Part shown: positions 38,994 to 49,276 of the stretch, piece after piece
Position numbering within the stretch: the first letter of the stretch is position 1
Layout: each line of letters starts with the position of its first letter
NCBI GenBank assembly: GCA_034670305.1
Contig: JAXMNT010000038.1
Location: 1 to 64,000 of the forward strand
DNA length: 64,000 nucleotides
Direction of reading: 5' to 3'
Origin: Deltaproteobacteria bacterium
GTDB taxonomy: Bacteria; Myxococcota_A; Polyangia; Polyangiales; Houyiibacteriaceae
Notes under the pieces: model-generated
Told to the model about the DNA's origin: nothing
The model's database searches: none
Seen by the model: the letters and a program-made list of their open reading frames with translations, nothing else
Position numbers and translations under genes: made by a program

Positions 38994-41449
38994 CCGAAGT
39001 CGCAGCTCATCAACACTTCGGACATGCCGGAGTTGTTGGTCTCGTCGCACTCGTTGTAGGTGCTGCCGCCCATGCCGTCCGAGTCCACCGTCGCGTCGAC
39101 GGTGAAGTTCACGAACGAGAAGCCGCCGGGGAAGGTGGCGGTGAAGATCACGGTCTCTTCCTGGCCGGGCAACAAGAAGCGGGTGGTGCGCTCGACACCG
39201 AGGTCCATGGCCGCGCCACCCTCCGGCGTGAGCGTGGCGATGACGGGAACGCCCGCCGCGACACCGAGCGCGCCGCGGTTGCCGACGGTGACGCCGATTC
39301 GAAGCGTGCCGCTCGCTTCGCACTCCTCGAGTTCGATGGACACGACCACGAGATCCGGCGCGTCGAAGAGTCCGCCCGGCTGCACGTTCTGGCGGAAGTT
39401 GTTCAGCCGCGAGTTGAGCCAGTTGGGCTCTTCCATGCGCGGGATCTGACCGTCTTCGGTCACGTTCGTCACGTGGTAGGTGTGCTGGTTCCAGATGCGC
39501 CGGGTGCGGACCCAGTTGTTGTCGGTGTCTTCCCAGATCTCGATGCCACCCAGTGTGCCCGAGCCGGTGTTGGGCTCCGGAATGACGACTTCGCTCTTTC
39601 CGTCGTTGTCGACGTCCACGACGATCGGCATCTCCATGCGGGTGTTGCTGCGGTGGGTGGGGTCGTCGTAGAGGACGGCACCCGTCCGGCCGTCGAAGAT
39701 GCGGAAGCTCGTCTCGTCCGCGTAGACGACCTCGGCTGCGCCATCGCCCTCGAAGTCGAACACACTCGATCCAGTCGCGCGGCTCGAGCAGTCTTGGTTG
39801 CGGACCTGCCAGAGCACGAACTCGGATTCGCACTCGTCCGGGAGCGGGTCGCCGGTGCAGTCGAGGTCGATCACCACGTAGTAGTCCGCGCCGGCCGTGC
39901 CGATCTCCGGGCGTCCGTCCCCGTCGAAGTCCGCGATGGTGGGCGGGCCGCTCTCGTTGCTGCCGCACGACACCCGCGGGATGACCACCTGCTGCTTGAG
40001 CGTGCCGTCGTGTTCGAGGATCCACACATCGCCCCGCCGCACGACGACGACCTCTGCTTCGTCGTCGTCGTCGAAGTTGCCGATCGCGTCGTAGCCATCG
40101 CACGCCACCGCGCCCGCGCAGTTCGAGCTCGCGCTCGGGAACGTGAACGTCCACTCCTCGCTGCCGTCCCGGCCGTCGTAAACGGTGTTGCCGGCGATCA
40201 CTTCCATCACGCCGTCGAGATCGATGTCGGCGATCGTCGAGACCGGTCCGAGGAACGCGTTGTTGCCGACCCCCGCGCTGGCGCCGACGGTGTTGCGTCC
40301 GTTCCAGAGCAGGGTTCCGTCGAGCCCGTTGAGCGCGATGTTGCCGACCACGACTTCGGGCTGGCCGTCGCCGTTGAGGTCCGCGATCGCCGGCTGGGAG
40401 CCGCCGCCGGGGTCTGCCGGCACGTTGGTGGTGTTGCGCCAGAGCTCTTCCCAGGCGGAGCCGTCGGCTGCGGTTCGGCGGAACGCGATCGTACCGCCGG
40501 CCTTGAAGGTCACGACGATCTCGGGGACCCGCTCGTCGGCCATCGAGTCCGGGTGCAAGTTGCCGAGCGCGACGCCGGATGAGTTGTCGACGAAGGGCAT
40601 GGTGATCGTCGCCAGCGTGTTCATCGTGCCGTCCTCGTTGCACAAGCCGCTCACCACCCGCAGTCGGCCGTTGGCGGTGCAACAGCCGTTGCCCTGGCGA
40701 TCGAAGCTGACGAACACGATGTCGGGGATGTCGAGCGTGTCGGTGACCCCGTCCTCGTTGTCGTCGGTGAGGTTGGCGACCGCGGGGGTCATCACCACGT
40801 CGTCGAAGCTCGCAGAGTCACCCGCTGCGGGCCGCCACTGACACGCGGTCCGGGGGTTGAAGTCGCCGACGGGCGGCATGAACTCACACACATCGACCGC
40901 GTCGCGCGGCACGCATCGCCCGAGCCCGACCTCGCACAGCTCGTCCGCCTCGCACTGCTCGGTGAGCGTGCACTCGTCGCCGAGATCGATGCAGTCGTTG
41001 CTCAGACACGCTTGCTCTGCGCCGCAGCATTGTTCGCCCGCCGCACCGCAGCGCTGCGCTTCGTCGGCGCATTCGATGACGCACGCGTTGTCGAGGCATT
41101 CGTCGGTCTCGGCGCAGCACACGCCGCCACAGAGCGTGCGCTCGCCGCAGTCGGTGACGCAGCGTCCGTCCATGCACGCGTCGGCTGCCTCGCAGCAGCG
41201 CGCGAGGGCGCCGGTGCCGCACGCCGGCCGTTCGTCTTCACACATCAGGTCGGGCGCATCGCGTCCTGTGCTGCCGTCGATGTCTTCGACCAGGACGCAC
41301 ATGCTGTCGACGCAGTTGCGTCCCGCTGGGCAGTCGGCGGTCGTGACGCAGGTGGTGGGGTCGCCCCCGCCACAGTCGCAGGCGCCGAAGAGCATGAAGG
41401 ACAAAGCGAAGGTGGCGCGGAGAAGACCAAGACGTGACATCGGCGTCAT
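38990..41449 (-). CDS. FG-GAP/VCBS-repeat lipoprotein with Cys-rich N-terminus and CARDB-like C-terminus
   Basis: Lipobox FGAC; repeats ADLNGDGQPEVV, ADFDGDGRPEIG, FDFEGDGAAEVV; WNQHTYHVTNV; terminal ECDETNN. Confidence 0.85.
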   Translation of the reverse strand: MTPMSRLGLLRATFALSFMLFGACDCGGGDPTTCVTTADCPAGRNCVDSMCVLVEDIDGSTGRDAPDLMCEDERPACGTGALARCCEAADACMDGRCVTDCGERTLCGGVCCAETDECLDNACVIECADEAQRCGAAGEQCCGAEQACLSNDCIDLGDECTLTEQCEADELCEVGLGRCVPRDAVDVCEFMPPVGDFNPRTACQWRPAAGDSASFDDVVMTPAVANLTDDNEDGVTDTLDIPDIVFVSFDRQGNGCCTANGRLRVVSGLCNEDGTMNTLATITMPFVDNSSGVALGNLHPDSMADERVPEIVVTFKAGGTIAFRRTAADGSAWEELWRNTTNVPADPGGGSQPAIADLNGDGQPEVVVGNIALNGLDGTLLWNGRNTVGASAGVGNNAFLGPVSTIADIDLDGVMEVIAGNTVYDGRDGSEEWTFTFPSASSNCAGAVACDGYDAIGNFDDDDEAEVVVVRRGDVWILEHDGTLKQQVVIPRVSCGSNESGPPTIADFDGDGRPEIGTAGADYYVVIDLDCTGDPLPDECESEFVLWQVRNQDCSSRATGSSVFDFEGDGAAEVVYADETSFRIFDGRTGAVLYDDPTHRSNTRMEMPIVVDVDNDGKSEVVIPEPNTGSGTLGGIEIWEDTDNNWVRTRRIWNQHTYHVTNVTEDGQIPRMEEPNWLNSRLNNFRQNVQPGGLFDAPDLVVVSIELEECEASGTLRIGVTVGNRGALGVAAGVPVIATLTPEGGAAMDLGVERTTRFLLPGQEETVIFTATFPGGFSFVNFTVDATVDSDGMGGSTYNECDETNNSGMSEVLMSCDFG

Positions 41450-41714
41450 TGTAGCCAACCTGGACCGCCTCTGTCTGGCGATTCGGCGATTCAGGTTGGT
41501 CGCGCGCAGTCGGCCCGAGGAACCACGGGCCGTGCAGAACCTTGCCAAGCCTCGCGGTGGCGATGCCGCGCCCCCGTTCGCGGACTCCGCGGTCTGAAAC
41601 AATTGGAACCGAGAACACGGTTCACTTCCGCCCAGGATCGGCTCGCCAGGTTGCTCGCGCGGTTCGATCATTTCGTCGGGGACCGGCCCGCACCCAGCGG
41701 ACACAGTGCGCCCC

Positions 41715-42797
41715 ATGAAACACGGAATCAGCGCCCTCGGGCTCGCTCTGCCCAGCCGCTACCTCGACGTGCGCGACCTCGCCACGCTGCGCGGTGTCGA
41801 GCCGGACAAGTACACCAAAGGCCTCGGCTGCCACGAGATCGCCCTCTGCGGACCGGACGAAGACGCGGCGTCGCTGGGTGCGAAAGCGGCGCGTCGCGCG
41901 CTCGAGCGCTGGGGCGGAGACCTCGGTCGCATCGGCCTCTTGGCGGTCGGGACCGAGACCGGCGCCGACATGAGCCGGCCGATGAGCGCGTTCGTCGCCG
42001 ACCACCTGAAACTTCGAGGCCGCATGCGCAGCTACGAAGCCAAACATGCCTGCTACGGCGGGACCGTCGCACTTCGCCAAGCGCTCGAGTGGCGCGCGAG
42101 CGGCGCGCATCGAGGACGCGCGGCGCTGGTCGTCGCGACCGATGTCGGGCTGTACGCGCCCGCCGATCCCGGCGAGGCCACCCAAGGCGCGGGTGCGGTC
42201 GCGTTCGTGCTCGACGACGACGCGTTGGTTGCGTCGATCGATCTCGAGAGCCACGCGTTCGCATCGCCCGCCTTCGATTTCTGGCGTCCGGTGGGCGAAC
42301 GGTTCCCCCGCGTCGAAGGTCCCCTCAGTCTCGACTGCTACCGCGAGGCGGTGGAGAAGACGTTCGGCGGCTGGGCCGGAGAGTCGTCGGTGCAGGATGC
42401 GCTTGCGACGCTGGAAGCGGTCGCGTTCCACGTGCCGTTCCCCAAGATGGTGAAGAAGGCGGTGCTGCATCTCGGCGCCACGCAGGGGTGGGACGAGGGC
42501 GATACCGCGACGTTCTTCGAGACGAAGGTCGCTCCGACGATGCGCTGGAACCGCCACATGGGGAACAGCTACACCGCGGCGCTTTGGTGGAGTGTGGCGT
42601 GCGCGCTGGTCGGTCGAAAACCGGGCGACGCGCTCGGTGCGTTCTCCTACGGCTCCGGGTTCGGCAGCGAGCTGTCGATCCTGCGCGCGGGCGAGGCGGC
42701 CGCCGAGGCGCTCTGGCAAAAGGACGTCGAAGCCGACCTGAGCGCACGTGTCCGCATGGATGCCGCCGAGTACGACGCTTGGCGCGGGTCGGTCTGA
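41715..42797 (+). CDS. mvaS: Hydroxymethylglutaryl-CoA synthase family protein
   Basis: VGTETG, EAKHACYGGT, GEATQGAGAVA, FHVPF, GNSYTA, FSYGSG. Confidence 0.82.
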   Translation: MKHGISALGLALPSRYLDVRDLATLRGVEPDKYTKGLGCHEIALCGPDEDAASLGAKAARRALERWGGDLGRIGLLAVGTETGADMSRPMSAFVADHLKLRGRMRSYEAKHACYGGTVALRQALEWRASGAHRGRAALVVATDVGLYAPADPGEATQGAGAVAFVLDDDALVASIDLESHAFASPAFDFWRPVGERFPRVEGPLSLDCYREAVEKTFGGWAGESSVQDALATLEAVAFHVPFPKMVKKAVLHLGATQGWDEGDTATFFETKVAPTMRWNRHMGNSYTAALWWSVACALVGRKPGDALGAFSYGSGFGSELSILRAGEAAAEALWQKDVEADLSARVRMDAAEYDAWRGSV

Positions 42798-42843
42798 GTC
42801 GACGTCGAAGCGAGGCAGGCGGCTCCGCTCGTGCACCTGCGCA

Positions 42844-42883
42844 GGCCGCCAGTCTCGCGAAGCGAGCCAGGCCCGTGGTGCTA
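42844..42883 (+). repeat. Dispersed REP-like repeat, copy 3
   Basis: GGCCGCCAGTCTCGCGAAGCGAGCCAGGCCCGTGGTGCTA between convergent genes. Confidence 0.85.
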
Positions 42884-44638
42884 TAAAAAAAGCCACTGGA
42901 GGATGGTGATGCTCGTGGTGCAGACGATCAGCTGAAGCGGCAGGCCGAGTCGCAAGAAGTCCGTGTACCGGTAGCCGCCCGGTCCGTAGACCATCAGGTT
43001 CGCGGCGTAGCCGACGGGGGTGCTGAACGCGGTGGACGCGGCGACCATGATCATCAGTGTCATCGGCAAGAGCGCGATGCCCTGCGCTTCGGCGACGCTC
43101 GCGGCGATCGGGAACATGAGCGCGGCGGAGGTCGCGGTGTACACGGTGCCGGCGAGCGCGGCGGTGAGCGCGTAGAGGGTCACCAGCAACGCGGTGCGCC
43201 CGTACGGTTCGACCAGCGCGACGACCTGACCGGCCACGACTTCGGCCGCGCCGCTCTCCGCCATCGCGTGACCCACGCCGAGCGCGCTGCCGACTGTGAT
43301 CAACACGCGGATGTCGAGCGCGGCGCGCGCCTCTGCGCCGTCGAGACAGCGCAAGAGCAACATACACCCCGCGGCGGCGAGGCTGGCGGTGACGAGCGGC
43401 ACCGCGCCCGCGGCGTTGACGGCAACCATCGCGACCAGGACCACGAACGCGACGCCGGCTTTCTCGTGTTTCGGCGGTGTGCTTCCTTCGACCTCGCTCA
43501 CGAGCGCGAACGCGGGGTCGCCGCGGTGTTTGCGCGCGAAGGTCGGATGGGTTTCGAGCAAGAGGACATCGCCCGGCTCGAGTTCGATGTCGCCGATGCG
43601 GCCGACCACGTGGGTGCCGTGCCGGTGCACCGCGATGATGGCGGCGTTGTAGAGCGTGCGGAAGCGCGTGTCGCGCACGCTCGATCCCACCAGCGCGCTC
43701 TGCGCGGCGACGACGGCTTCGACCCACCGGCGCTGTCCTTCGAGTTTGTCGACCTGGTCCGCTTCGGGGACCAGCCTCAGCCGCCGCAGATCCACCGCGG
43801 TCTCGACCGCACCAGTGAAGCGAAGGATGTCGCCTTCCCTCAGGTGCGTCTGCGGACCGACCGCGGGCAGCAGCTCACCCTTGCGTTCGATGCCGCTGAG
43901 GAAGAGCCCCGGGAGGCGCCGCAGTCCGCTCGCTTCGATCGTCTCGCCGCCGACCGGCGAACCCTTCTCGACGCGCATCCGGATCAAGTATTCGCGCGAT
44001 GCTTCGTGCGAGGTGTCGACGCCGGTGCGGTCGCGCAGCAGCCAGCGGGACGCGACGACCACGTAGATCGTGCCGAGCACGAGCGCGGGCAGTCCGAGCC
44101 AGGTCACGTCGAACATGCCGAGTTGGAGGTTCGGGTCGACGGTGTGCGCGAGCCCCGAGACGACGAGGTTGGTGCTCGTCCCGATGAGTGTGCAGGTGCC
44201 GCCGAGGATCGCGGCGTAGCTCAGGGGCATCAGCAACATCGAGACGCTGATGCCGGTCTGCCTCGACCAGCGCTGCAGCAGCGGTACGAACATCGCCACC
44301 ACCGGCGTGTTGTTGAGGAACGCGCTGAGCGCTCCGACCGGGACCATGACGCGCAGCTGGGCGCCGGCGATGTTGCGCGGGGTGCCGAGCACCCGGCGGG
44401 CCACGTAGTCGAGCGCGCCGGTCTGTTGCACGCCCGCGGCCACGACGAAGAGCGCGCCGATGGTCACGACGGCCGGGTTGGCGAAGCCCTGAAACGCTTC
44501 GGCCGGTTCGAGCACGCCCGTCGCCAAGAGCACGGTCAGGCCCGCGACCAAGACGAGGTCGGGTCCGGCGAGGCTGGCGACCATGGCCGCGACCATCGCC
44601 GCGACGACGCCGATCGTGACCCAACCGTCGGTGGTCAT
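42881..44638 (-). CDS. SLC13/CitMHS-family permease with TrkA-C domains
   Basis: SAFLNNTPVV, GGTCTLIGTSTNLV, two RCK-C segments, FSTPVGYAANLMVYGPGGY. Confidence 0.9.
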   Translation of the reverse strand: MTTDGWVTIGVVAAMVAAMVASLAGPDLVLVAGLTVLLATGVLEPAEAFQGFANPAVVTIGALFVVAAGVQQTGALDYVARRVLGTPRNIAGAQLRVMVPVGALSAFLNNTPVVAMFVPLLQRWSRQTGISVSMLLMPLSYAAILGGTCTLIGTSTNLVVSGLAHTVDPNLQLGMFDVTWLGLPALVLGTIYVVVASRWLLRDRTGVDTSHEASREYLIRMRVEKGSPVGGETIEASGLRRLPGLFLSGIERKGELLPAVGPQTHLREGDILRFTGAVETAVDLRRLRLVPEADQVDKLEGQRRWVEAVVAAQSALVGSSVRDTRFRTLYNAAIIAVHRHGTHVVGRIGDIELEPGDVLLLETHPTFARKHRGDPAFALVSEVEGSTPPKHEKAGVAFVVLVAMVAVNAAGAVPLVTASLAAAGCMLLLRCLDGAEARAALDIRVLITVGSALGVGHAMAESGAAEVVAGQVVALVEPYGRTALLVTLYALTAALAGTVYTATSAALMFPIAASVAEAQGIALLPMTLMIMVAASTAFSTPVGYAANLMVYGPGGYRYTDFLRLGLPLQLIVCTTSITILQWLFL

Positions 44639-44721
44639 CTCGCGGGGCTCATGACGCGGTGCTCACGCATCGGGTGGTCGGCCGCCCGGTGGAGGCACGC
44701 GGTGGGCGCGATCGAACACGC

Positions 44722-45708
44722 TCACTCCGGGATCTGGAAGAGCACGCTCGGTCCAGGCACGCCGTTCGGGAACGCCGCCCCCAAGAAGCTGACGATGCGC
44801 ATCGTCGGGGTTTGGCTCTCGGCGGTGACGACCACGCCGCACGCGGTGGAGCCACACAGGGGGCGGAGGGTGCGGCCGACGGCGCCGTTCTCGGTGGTGG
44901 TGGACTGGAATCGCCAGGTGAACGCCGCGGTGGTCGCGGGTTCTTCCTCGACCTCTTCGGAACCGGGGGGCGGCGTGATGCCTTCGAGCATCTCGACCGG
45001 CTGCGGGGTGGGCGCGGCCTCTTCGGCTCCGTGGCGGTGCAGCTCGATCTTCACGCCGTTGCCGCGGGCGAAGAGCGTGATCTGCATCTGGCCGCCCTCG
45101 GCCACGCTGCTCGATTTGAAGGCGCAGTCGACGTAGGGACCGTCGCGGCACTCGGTGTACATGTCCCCCCAGACGGGTTCGAGCTCGTCCCATTGCCGCT
45201 GGTAGGGCCCCTCGAAGCTGGCCCACTCTTCGGACTCTTCGCGAACGTCGTAGGCGCCGATCTTCAGGAAGCCGGTGTCGGTCGTCTGGCCGCGCCGAAC
45301 CTCGATCCCAATCTCTCGGAGCCCCGCGGCCTTGAGGGTGGCGAGCACCAGCGCCATCGTGCGGTACGGGGTGTTCGCGTGCAGACGAAGCGCGGCGGAG
45401 CCACGCGCTGGGGCCGCTTCGATGGCGGTCACGAGCGATCGGATGCGCATGCCATCGACCTCCTCGTCCGGGATGCGGCCGCCCGTCAGCTCGAGCACGG
45501 TGTGTGCTTCGACCCGCATCTTGGACGGCGACACTTCGATGCGCAGGGGGCTCTGCGGACTCGAATCGTGCCGGAAGGAGATGGGCAACTCCATGATGCC
45601 GACGACGGGGTCCGGGGACTCTTCGGGCACCTCCGGCTCGTCGTCACATCCCGTAACGGAGAGCGAGAGCGAGAGGGCGACGGAGGCGAGGAGGAGGACG
45701 CTGCGCAT
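44722..45708 (-). CDS. Hypothetical lipoprotein with ExbD-like segments
   Basis: Lipobox VTGC; LRLHANTPYRTMALVLATLKAAG resembles the ExbD periplasmic motif. Confidence 0.6.
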   Translation of the reverse strand: MRSVLLLASVALSLSLSVTGCDDEPEVPEESPDPVVGIMELPISFRHDSSPQSPLRIEVSPSKMRVEAHTVLELTGGRIPDEEVDGMRIRSLVTAIEAAPARGSAALRLHANTPYRTMALVLATLKAAGLREIGIEVRRGQTTDTGFLKIGAYDVREESEEWASFEGPYQRQWDELEPVWGDMYTECRDGPYVDCAFKSSSVAEGGQMQITLFARGNGVKIELHRHGAEEAAPTPQPVEMLEGITPPPGSEEVEEEPATTAAFTWRFQSTTTENGAVGRTLRPLCGSTACGVVVTAESQTPTMRIVSFLGAAFPNGVPGPSVLFQIPE

Positions 45709-45764
45709 GGCGCCGGACGATACTCGAAATGCCCCCAGTGTTAAACGGGTGTCTCTCAGAGGTG

Positions 45765-48032
45765 TCAGGGGATGCAGCGACCGTCTGGGTCGCATGTCTC
45801 GCCTGGATCGCAGTCGCCGTCGTTCCGGCACTCGACCGGAATGCGGCATCGGTCGTCGACGCACACCTGCCCGGCCGGACAATCCGCGGACACCCGGCAG
45901 GTGGTCGCGGGCTCACAGAAGCCGAAGTTGCACACTTCGCCTTCGGCACAATCGACGTCACGGTCGCATTCGTCGGGCGGGATGAAGAAGCAGAAGCCGG
46001 CGAAGCAGCTCTGGCCCGGGGGGCACTCGTCGTCTTCGACGCAGCCGCCCTCGACCGTGCACTTGTTGTTGATGCACATCCGGCCGGGGCCACAGTCCAT
46101 GTCCGTCCCGCAGAAGAGCCACGGGAAACACCGGTCGGCCACGCACTCCCAGCCGTAGTTGCAGTCTCCGTCGCCGCTGCACCCTTCTGGCTGGCAGTAG
46201 TTGGACTCGCAGACTTCACCGGCCGGACAGTCGTCGTCGCGCGCGCAGTCCGGGGTGATGAAACACGCCCCGAAGTCGGCGCAGGTCGTGCCCGGCGGAC
46301 AGCCGGCGTCCGGGCTGCCAGGCGGCGCACAGAGCTGCAGCGCGACGCATTGATCGCCGAGACAGGTCCAGCTGATCGGACAGTCGGCCGAGGAGGCACA
46401 GGTGATCTCAGGCAGGCACGAGCGGGTCGAGACGCTGCAGAACGTGCCGGCGGGGCAGTCGGAGTTCTCGCGGCACGGTTCGTCCTGACACCGTCCGGTG
46501 ACGCAGGTCTCGCCGCGCGCGCAGTCCGAGTCTGTGCGGCACTCGCCGACGAAGCGGCAGGAACCGAGCACGCATTCGAATTCGTCGTCGCAGTCGATGT
46601 CGCGCGTGCACTCGCCCACGAAGGCGCACATGCCGCCAAGGCACGCGAACCGGTCGGGGCAGTCTGCGTCGCGGGTGCACTCGCCGACGAAGATGCAACG
46701 GCCGGACTCGCACACGAGACCGCTGCCCATGCAGTCCGCGTCCGCCGAGCACTCCGGCGGAGGCACGCACACGCCGTCGTCGCAGATCTGCATGCCTTCG
46801 CAGGGCACTTCGGGGCAGGTGGGATCTGGATCCTGACAGAACCCGAAGTTGCACACCTGCCCGCCGGGACAGTCCGCGTCTCGATCGCACATCTCGTCGG
46901 GCAGCTGGATGCACGCACCCGAGATGCAGTAGGAGCGCGGGGTGCTGAACGGGCAGTCTGCGTCGGTGGTGCAGTCGGTGCCCACGCACATGCGCCCAAT
47001 GCACCGCATGCCCGGCGCGGGACAGTCCGTGTCCATCTCGCAGAAGAAGCCGGGGAAACAGCGGTTGGCCACACACGACCAGCCGCTCGCGCAATCGGCG
47101 TCGACGTCGCAGTCCGAGGGCTGGCAGAAGCCGAACTCGCAGATGAGCGCGCCCGGGCAGTCGTCGTCGCTCCGGCACACGTCGTCGTCGACGCAGCGGA
47201 ATCCGTCGCAGAGCTCCGGCGGTGGACAGTCCGCGTGTTCGCGGCAGCGACGAAGGGGCGAACATCGGTTGAAGAAGCAGTAGTCGCCGGCGGGACAGTC
47301 TCCGTCGGTGTCGCACTCGGTGGCGGGGATGCAGCGGCGGGCGAGCGCATCGCAGACCTCGTCGTCGTCGCAGTCCGCGTCGCGCACGCACCCCGTGGGC
47401 ACACACCGCGCGGCCTCACAACGGAACCCAGCGGCGCACTCTCGGTCGCTGAGGCAGTCGCCGGTGAACACGCACCGCGCGGCCGTGCACTCGAACCCGA
47501 CGCTGCACTCGGCGCTGGTCATACAGTCGCCCGTGAAGACGCAGGTCTCCGAGATGCACTCGAACCCTGCGCCGGCGCAGTCTCGGTCGCGGGTGCAGTC
47601 GGGCAGCGCGACGCACGCGCCATCGACGCAGTCGAAGCCGGGATCGCAATCGCTTCGGGTGGAACAATCGGGCCGCGGCACGCAGCGTTCGCGCACGCAA
47701 TCGAACCCGGCCGGGCAGTCGACCGCGCGCACGCACTCGACCGGTGTCTCGCAGCGACCGCCGGTGCAGCGTTCGCCTGGCAAACAATCGATGTCGGTTC
47801 GGCATTCGATCGCGCTCACGCACAGCCCGCCCTCGCAGGCCCGGCCCGGGCCACACTCGGCATCGGTCGTGCACCCCGAGGGTGCGTCGTCGGTGGAACC
47901 GTCGACCGGGCGGGCATCGCGCGCGGCGTCGATGGGCCCTCCGTCGGGCACGAAGTCGTCGACGAGGACCGAACGTCCACAGCCGAGGACGGAAAACACG
48001 AGCCCGAACACACCCATCCACCGGAAGACCAT
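45765..48032 (-). CDS. Lipoprotein made almost entirely of C..D.DC..G..C....C repeats
   Basis: Lipobox VLGC; more than 25 short four-Cys repeats. Confidence 0.85.
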   Translation of the reverse strand: MVFRWMGVFGLVFSVLGCGRSVLVDDFVPDGGPIDAARDARPVDGSTDDAPSGCTTDAECGPGRACEGGLCVSAIECRTDIDCLPGERCTGGRCETPVECVRAVDCPAGFDCVRERCVPRPDCSTRSDCDPGFDCVDGACVALPDCTRDRDCAGAGFECISETCVFTGDCMTSAECSVGFECTAARCVFTGDCLSDRECAAGFRCEAARCVPTGCVRDADCDDDEVCDALARRCIPATECDTDGDCPAGDYCFFNRCSPLRRCREHADCPPPELCDGFRCVDDDVCRSDDDCPGALICEFGFCQPSDCDVDADCASGWSCVANRCFPGFFCEMDTDCPAPGMRCIGRMCVGTDCTTDADCPFSTPRSYCISGACIQLPDEMCDRDADCPGGQVCNFGFCQDPDPTCPEVPCEGMQICDDGVCVPPPECSADADCMGSGLVCESGRCIFVGECTRDADCPDRFACLGGMCAFVGECTRDIDCDDEFECVLGSCRFVGECRTDSDCARGETCVTGRCQDEPCRENSDCPAGTFCSVSTRSCLPEITCASSADCPISWTCLGDQCVALQLCAPPGSPDAGCPPGTTCADFGACFITPDCARDDDCPAGEVCESNYCQPEGCSGDGDCNYGWECVADRCFPWLFCGTDMDCGPGRMCINNKCTVEGGCVEDDECPPGQSCFAGFCFFIPPDECDRDVDCAEGEVCNFGFCEPATTCRVSADCPAGQVCVDDRCRIPVECRNDGDCDPGETCDPDGRCIP

Positions 48033-48161
48033 AGGAGGAGTCTAAACCGAGGCCGCGAGGGCTGCGAGGTTGTCCGGCGGTGGGAATGGACCCAATCCCC
48101 CGTCATGGGTCATTCCACCAAAAGTTTCCGGAAGGGAGCAGCTGATCTACGCTCCCTCACG

Positions 48162-48491
48162 ATGAAAAAGTCCAAGATGAGTCGGCGCGTGTTTCTGGTT
48201 CGTGGCGCAGGCGCGACCGCTGCGGTGGGCGCGGGTCTGCTGACCCTCGGCGCCGGCTGTGGCGGCAGCGAGGGGCCCAACTGTCAGGACGTGACCGCCC
48301 TCACCGATGCCGAGCGCAGCGCCCGCGTGAACCTCGGTTACGTCGAGGTCTCTCCGCACGCCGCGGCGAAGAACTGCACGAACTGCAACTTCTTCACCGC
48401 CGGGGCGGCGAACGCCTGCGGGACCTGCACGCTGGTGAAGGGACCGATCAACCCAGCGGGCTACTGCAACAGCTGGGCGATCAAGGCCTAG
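48162..48491 (+). CDS. High-potential iron-sulfur protein (HiPIP), Tat-exported lipoprotein
   Basis: SRRVFL twin-Arg signal, GAGC lipobox, LGYV, CTNCNFF...C.LV...INPAGYCNSW. Confidence 0.85.
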   Translation: MKKSKMSRRVFLVRGAGATAAVGAGLLTLGAGCGGSEGPNCQDVTALTDAERSARVNLGYVEVSPHAAAKNCTNCNFFTAGAANACGTCTLVKGPINPAGYCNSWAIKA

Positions 48492-49129
48492 GCCCGCCGC
48501 AGGCTCTCGAGCGTCGAAGACGAGATCGCGCGTGGCCGTTCGGAGTCGTGCGCGGGAAGGACCGGCGCGCTGCTGGGCGGAATCGAACCGCGCACCGATC
48601 GACGCATGAGCCCAGCGTGCACGTCGTGCACCGTGAGCCGCTGCCGGATCCAGGTGGCCAGCGCGCTCGCGTCCGTGGCCGCGCGGGTCGCGTGGCGCAC
48701 CGACTCCGCGGCGTGCCCGCGTTCCGCGTAGTACCCGAGGGCGGCTTCTGCGTCGCACGCGAATGCGACCGAAGCGCAGGCGCGCTCCAAATGCGTGGGG
48801 CTCTCGGTGCGGCTGGCTCTGAATCCGGATGCCCAGCACTCGCGGGCGGTCGACGCACCACGGGACCACTGCTTGGCGAGCCTCCACGCGTCGGGGCCGG
48901 CTCCCTCGCCCAGTGAGCCACCTGCATGGCGCGCGACGTCTTCGATGAGATCGCAGGCCAGGGCGACCAAACTCTCGCGCGGGTGGCCGGCCGAAGTGGC
49001 GAGCTGGACCAGCCAGTCGGCGCGTGGGCAGGACCGCCATGCCCGATCCAGGGAGCCGGCGTCGCGCAGGAACTGAGCGAGCGGTTCGTCCGGGATCAAG
49101 GAAGCGAAGTCTTCGTCGAGGTGGATCAT
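48488..49129 (-). CDS. Hypothetical helical protein, weakly Imm5-like
   Basis: AWRSCPRADWLV, ALACDL..., LAKQWSRG; resemblance is weak. Confidence 0.5.
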   Translation of the reverse strand: MIHLDEDFASLIPDEPLAQFLRDAGSLDRAWRSCPRADWLVQLATSAGHPRESLVALACDLIEDVARHAGGSLGEGAGPDAWRLAKQWSRGASTARECWASGFRASRTESPTHLERACASVAFACDAEAALGYYAERGHAAESVRHATRAATDASALATWIRQRLTVHDVHAGLMRRSVRGSIPPSSAPVLPAHDSERPRAISSSTLESLRRA

Positions 49130-49276
49130 GGAACTCCTGGCCAAGGCTCCTGACAGTGCAACGATCGTGCACTGAAAAAGTTCAATCATTCTGCCGAACT
49201 GTTGGGGGCGCGCCCCCGCGCATGCCCCGTTCTTGGGGGCTGCAGCCCACATGGCCAGGGGTGGATCCCACACCCA

